NCBI RefSeq assembly: GCF_001194135.2
Contig: NC_068981.1
Span: forward strand, 182,305,075 to 182,369,074
Direction of reading: 5' to 3'
DNA from: Octopus bimaculoides
Taxonomy: Eukaryota
Length of the DNA stretch: 64,000 bases
A program made the position numbers and the translations under genes. Positions 60,501 to 64,000 of this stretch are shown in pieces. Every line of letters starts with the position of its first letter. The first letter of the stretch is position 1. The notes under the pieces were generated by a model that saw only the letters and a program-made list of their open reading frames with translations, searched no databases and was not told where the DNA came from.

Positions 60501-61752
60501 GGATAGAATTAAGAAGGGAGGTAACTTTGAAGAGTGCAGTTAAGAGTTAGGAGTAAGGTAAGAACATAAACCAAGCAACAGGGGGTAACAAAAGTAAAGG
60601 CAGTGATGGTAGCAGAGGACACAGAGGTAAACTGTCTCACCATTACCATAACCATCTCCTTCATTATTATATAGATGATGGACAAAAGAAGTCAGACAAC
60701 ATATGTATCAGTATCTGAAGATATTCTTACCTGTCGGTATTCTTGAAAAGCTCCCATGCCTTCCAGTTGTCTCTCACAAGAACCCCCAATAAGTAACATT
60801 GGCCTGGAAGAAATACACCAGGTTAGTAAATCCCATTTAAAAGACTCAAAGCATTTAATAATACATAATATAGGAACGACGATGGTAAATTTTACAATAT
60901 AGCTAAATGTAAATTGAATTTTGTTTATTTCAGTCTTATATAATCTTGTAATCATTGTTCAAACAACATTGTAGGATGTGATCACACAGCCATAACGAGA
61001 TCACTGGTTGCTGTGGTGATAACAATGAAGACGACGATCAAAAAAAGAGTAGGAACTGAAACTAATGTGCATTGTGAAAAAAAAAAATTGTTTAACATTT
61101 ACGTGCAGGAGTGGCTATGTGGTAAGTAGCTTGCTTACCAACCACATGGTTCTGGGTTCAGTCCCACTGCGTGGCACCTTGGGCAAGTGTCTTCTACTAT
61201 AGCCTTGGGCTGACCAAAGCCTTGTGAGTGGATTTGGTAGACGGAAACTGAAAGAAGCCCGTCGTATATATATGTGTGTGTGTATGTTTGTATGTTGGTG
61301 TGTCGGTGTTTGTCCCCCTATCATCGCTTGACAACCGGTGTTGGTGTGGTCACGTCCCCATAACCTAGTGGTTCGGCAAAAGAGACTGATAGAATAAGTA
61401 CTAGGCTTACAAAGATTAAGTACTGGGGTCGATTTGTTCGACTAAAGGCGGTGCTCCAGCATGGCCACAGTCAAATGACTGAAACAAATGAAGGAATAAA
61501 AGAATTGGTGCTATCTGCAGCAACTTGCACCAACTTAATAATGATTTCTTTCAACTTTAAGCATCGAGCAGTCTTAAAAAGTAAGTAAAACACTGCTATT
61601 ATTGGCTTGCTTACATTGTACAATATATTACTGGTACTTATTCTACTGATAAATGACAAACAAATACATACCAACAATTCTCCATAGCGCTGGAAGCACC
61701 AGCAAGAGCATGTACTAAACCAGGACCTGAGACTACAAGACAAGCTGCTGGT
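42144..61752 (-). CDS. HACL1: 2-hydroxyacyl-CoA lyase 1 (ThDP-dependent), 3' part; 15 exons visible, 5' exons not found in the window
   Basis: Exons 61672-61752, 60731-60803, 57824-57901, 56582-56676, 54117-54229, 53662 into gap at 53609, 52172-52277, 51975-52058, 50010-50117, 49118-49171, 48454-48557, 47739-47897, 46188-46292, 44147-44333, 42144-42176. Motifs [61 protein letters not shown], ThDP motif EGDSA...NNNGIY, and C-terminal SKL. Confidence 0.96.
44147..44333 (-). CDS. HACL1: HACL1 exon
   Basis: ttgcag/[24 protein letters not shown]...[11 protein letters not shown]/gtttgt. Confidence 0.95.
46188..46292 (-). CDS. HACL1: HACL1 exon
   Basis: ttccag/[35 protein letters not shown]+GT/gtaagt. 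Confidence 0.95.
46605..46841. mobile_element. Tc1-type MITE
   Basis: TIRs cagggtggcccacaagtaggtttacagtt / aactgtaaacctacttttgggccaccctg, TA flanks. Confidence 0.85.
47739..47897 (-). CDS. HACL1: HACL1 exon (ThDP-binding motif start)
   Basis: tttcag/[21 protein letters not shown]...[21 protein letters not shown]+CG/gtaaga. Confidence 0.96.
48454..48557 (-). CDS. HACL1: HACL1 exon
   Basis: ttttag/[34 protein letters not shown]+CG/gtttgt. Confidence 0.95.
49118..49171 (-). CDS. HACL1: HACL1 exon
   Basis: actcag/[18 protein letters not shown]/gtaagt. Confidence 0.9.
50010..50117 (-). CDS. HACL1: HACL1 exon
   Basis: cttcag/[36 protein letters not shown]/gtaagt. Confidence 0.87.
51975..52058 (-). 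CDS. HACL1: HACL1 exon
   Basis: tctcag/[28 protein letters not shown]/gtaaga. Confidence 0.95.
52172..52277 (-). CDS. HACL1: HACL1 exon
   Basis: ttgcag/[36 protein letters not shown]/gtaaat. Confidence 0.96.
53610..53662 (-). CDS. HACL1: HACL1 exon, truncated by assembly gap
   Basis: tttcag/[19 protein letters not shown] then Ns; the expected LPFLPTPMGKG segment is hidden in gap 53303-53609. Confidence 0.88.
54117..54229 (-). CDS. HACL1: HACL1 exon
   Basis: caacag/[38 protein letters not shown]+G/gtaaga. Confidence 0.93.
54339..54846 (+). mobile_element. tRNA-derived CORE-like SINE with internal microsatellite (family A)
   Basis: Head gtggctgtgtggtaag...ggttcagtccc, CORE-like gcaccttgggcaagtgtctt, internal (TA)/(TACA)n, tail gactgaaacaagtaaaagag. 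Other copies at about 17445-17765, 20684-21350, 23270-23950, 28160-28530, 33445-33875, 40531-40885(-), 52913-53290, 58253-58648, 61103-61490. Confidence 0.85.
55680..56310 (+). repeat. Old degenerate tandem array, about 35-40 bp unit
   Basis: Recurring tgtggtacc(t)acttacagcagggaattatac-like units. Confidence 0.6.
56582..56676 (-). CDS. HACL1: HACL1 exon
   Basis: tattag/[31 protein letters not shown]+GT/gtgagt. Confidence 0.94.
57202..57497 (+). mobile_element. tRNA-derived SINE, family C
   Basis: Head ggcacatggctcagtggttag; 13-bp TSD ctacctgtattat. Other copies at 56757-57099(-) and about 18674-18972. Confidence 0.82.
57824..57901 (-). CDS. HACL1: HACL1 exon
   Basis: ttaaag/[26 protein letters not shown]/gtaagt. 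Confidence 0.93.
59634..59823 (+). mobile_element. tRNA-derived SINE, family B, alternative tail
   Basis: 18-bp perfect TSD aatatttcagaagaataa (59616-59633 and 59824-59841). Related copies at about 13117-13455(-), 15122-15325(-), 38147-38358, 46860-47012, 57990-58185(-), 63497-63705. Confidence 0.85.
59846..60203. repeat. Long imperfect inverted repeat (foldback/MITE-like)
   Basis: Arms include ttgaaag.ggactttag and ggat.tgaatggcccctttccact.ggacagt...tggtt.tgtcct.ttgccctg.aact mirrored around 60020. Confidence 0.75.
60731..60803 (-). CDS. HACL1: HACL1 exon
   Basis: ttccag/[25 protein letters not shown]/gtaaga. Confidence 0.94.
61672..61752 (-). CDS. HACL1: HACL1 exon (first visible)
   Basis: tttcag/[27 protein letters not shown]+TG/gtatgt. 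Confidence 0.93.
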
Positions 61753-63731
61753 CTGAAAATATAAGATCAAATTATAGCATTGGGTGATATTTAGGCAGAA
61801 TTTTCTATAGCACTGGATAAATATAACAACAATCCTCTGGTTTATAGTATTGAGTAAATATTAAAGATTACAGGATTACTATAATGGTAATTGGTGAGGG
61901 CATTGAGTAAATATAAAGTATCATGTTGCATTGAAGGGTTACATGATGGTGATGATTATTATCATTGCTACTGCTGTCATCACCACTCTCACCACAACCA
62001 TTTCCATCATTGTACATTGCATTTGCTTTCCATGTGGACAAGGGTTATGCAGGTTGTCATGACCCAAGTCAGTTGTTATCTAAAGTTATGCTCTGCCAAA
62101 TAGGTTGGAGCACCACATTTTACTCCTGTATTCCATTTATTGGTTGGTTTCTATGGCTGGATTTCCTTCCTAACACCAACCAATTTACAGAGTGTACTGA
62201 ATACATTTTATTGAGGCAGCGACACTATAAAGTCTGACATGTTATCAAGACAACTAAACAATCCTCTCAATCCTACATGTATGTCTCCACTTGTTCACCA
62301 ACCAATAATGCATGTGTTTATGTGCCGCCCTATTCAATATACTTTGTATTCAGGTTTTAAGTATGCATCTTCTGAGAGTCAACACATGCATTAGAAAATA
62401 TCTATGACCATGTTTTGTCTGTAGACATTGATCTAAAGATGGGTGTTGTAACTGAATATAAACCATGTTGATGACTTCAGACCATTGAAGGCTGGCAAGT
62501 TTCATGGGAATTGCCTTACCTCTTTTAACAACCTTTGCAAAAAGAAAGTAAAGACTATTCTGAAATAGAAACATAGACACAAATAACCACAACATGAACT
62601 ATTCCTGAAAATAAATCCAAAAAGAAAGGTTACTAATGAATTCAAATGGAGACTAATACAAATTTCTAACATTAATACAACGCCACATATTTTGGAAGAG
62701 GATATAATTGCTCGATAAAGGGCAGGCTTTGCTGGCTTCTGCTATCTTGCTGAACAAGAGGCAATGTTAGAGGTTGTATTTTGGAAACTTCTGCACCTTA
62801 AGAGAATACAAAGGCCACTCAGTTACATTGGTATTATTAGTACAGACACACAACATGAAATTCAGACCCTACTAAAGCTAATGGGAGACAGAAATTCCTG
62901 GTACAGTGTTGTGAAATGTGTCTCAGTTACAGATGCTTGAAGATGAGAAAATAGTTGAGCATATATAATGCCGGTACTTGACAAGCACTTTAATTTATTA
63001 ATGTATTGGAAGGATGGAAGGCAAAGCTGATCTTGACAGTATTTGAACTCAGTATGTAAAGGTTTGTAAATTAAAAAAAAAAACCATAAGCGGCATTTTG
63101 TCTGAGGTTCTAATGGTTCTTCTTATCTACCATCCTCAATAGAAATATATATTAATTTGCACAACAGAGAGTAACATAAAGTTACTTATAAACTGTTTAG
63201 TATCCATTTTTACAAGTATTAATGTATATTTTGGTTATAGGCAGTATTTCTAGCTAATCAAAAAATGATGTAGAGATGTCATTGATATCCATTTTTGGCA
63301 GTAAGGTGAAAGAAATAAGGCACATAGAATTAAGTTTATTTCCCAGACATACAATAACATGAACATAACATCATCTTTAAGAAACTTGTCGTTCAATATT
63401 GCAGCCATTAAGCTATTCCATTTCTACCAAAAGCTTACTTGCTGAAGGGTAAGTAGTTTGCAGATTATAGTTCAATATTGTAGCTCATGGGAAGGTAGCA
63501 AGCTGGCAGAGTCGTTAGAAACTGGGCAAAATGCAAAGTGGCATTTTGTATGTCATTACATTCTGAGTTCAAATTCTGCCAAGGCTGATTTTGCCTTTTG
63601 TCCTTTTGGCATCAATAAAATAAGTATCAGTTGAGCATTGGGTTCAATGTAATCAACTTACCTCTTCCCCTGAAGCTGCTGGCCTTGTGCCAAAATTGGA
63701 ATCAATATTGTTGCTCTTAGGCTATTCCAGT

Positions 63732-63996
63732 TGTTATATGGACTGTTAGATATGTAATACGTCTGACGTTCCGTGTGTCATGTGGTTCGTCTGAGTTCAT
63801 TGTTTCATTGTTGTTGTCTTGTGGGACTGTCGTAGTAAAATGTCATTGATATATATATGGCGGACATGACTTTTGTTTATTCATAACGAACATTGGGTGA
63901 GTGCGTTCTTTGTATGTAATTGAACAATAAATGTAATAATTAAATTGTATAACTCGTTATGTTATCTCTGCGAGTCAGTCCGAGGGAAACATAACA
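63732..63996 (+). mobile_element. Solo LTR (265 bp)
   Basis: TGTTAT...ATAACA inverted termini; left flank CCAGT and right flank CCAG at the window end (TSD); TATA-like run at about 63849 and AATAAA at 63926. Confidence 0.7.
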
Positions 63997-64000
63997 CCAG

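Noticed and set aside
61753-64000. Search for upstream HACL1 exons (ACYAASAIGYLT, GMRNEQ)
   Set aside because: No matching exon found; they probably lie beyond the right edge.

Overview
Eukaryotic genomic DNA: AT-rich, intron-rich, many microsatellites, nine N-gaps. The repeat landscape resembles octopus/cephalopod genomes (inference only). Three spliced genes were reconstructed by hand with GT-AG boundaries and consistent reading phases. (1) The 5' part of CCDC47 (minus strand, 4 coding exons, continuing off the left edge). (2) A complete IFT70/TTC30 gene (plus strand, 16 coding exons, 13844-41687, 645 aa) with a candidate RFX X-box upstream. (3) The 3' part of HACL1 (minus strand, 15 exons visible, one running into a gap), ending in the peroxisomal signal SKL and lying tail-to-tail with IFT70. 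Introns and the intergenic region hold tRNA-derived SINEs, RTE and Tx1/L1-type LINE fragments, Tc1/mariner and piggyBac-type MITEs, LTR-like sequences and a Penelope-like element. Most interesting observations: a minimal type I hammerhead ribozyme at the 3' end of the Penelope-like element (plus a second, degenerate one); a SINE family whose 3' tail matches the 3' UTR of a Tx1/L1-type LINE in the same window; an RTE reverse transcriptase with a PHD-type zinc finger inserted inside the RT domain; and inverted repeat pairs that could form ADAR substrates. I found no evidence for a wholly new multi-gene system; the novelty is at the level of mobile-element biology. All family assignments are from recalled motifs, not database searches.
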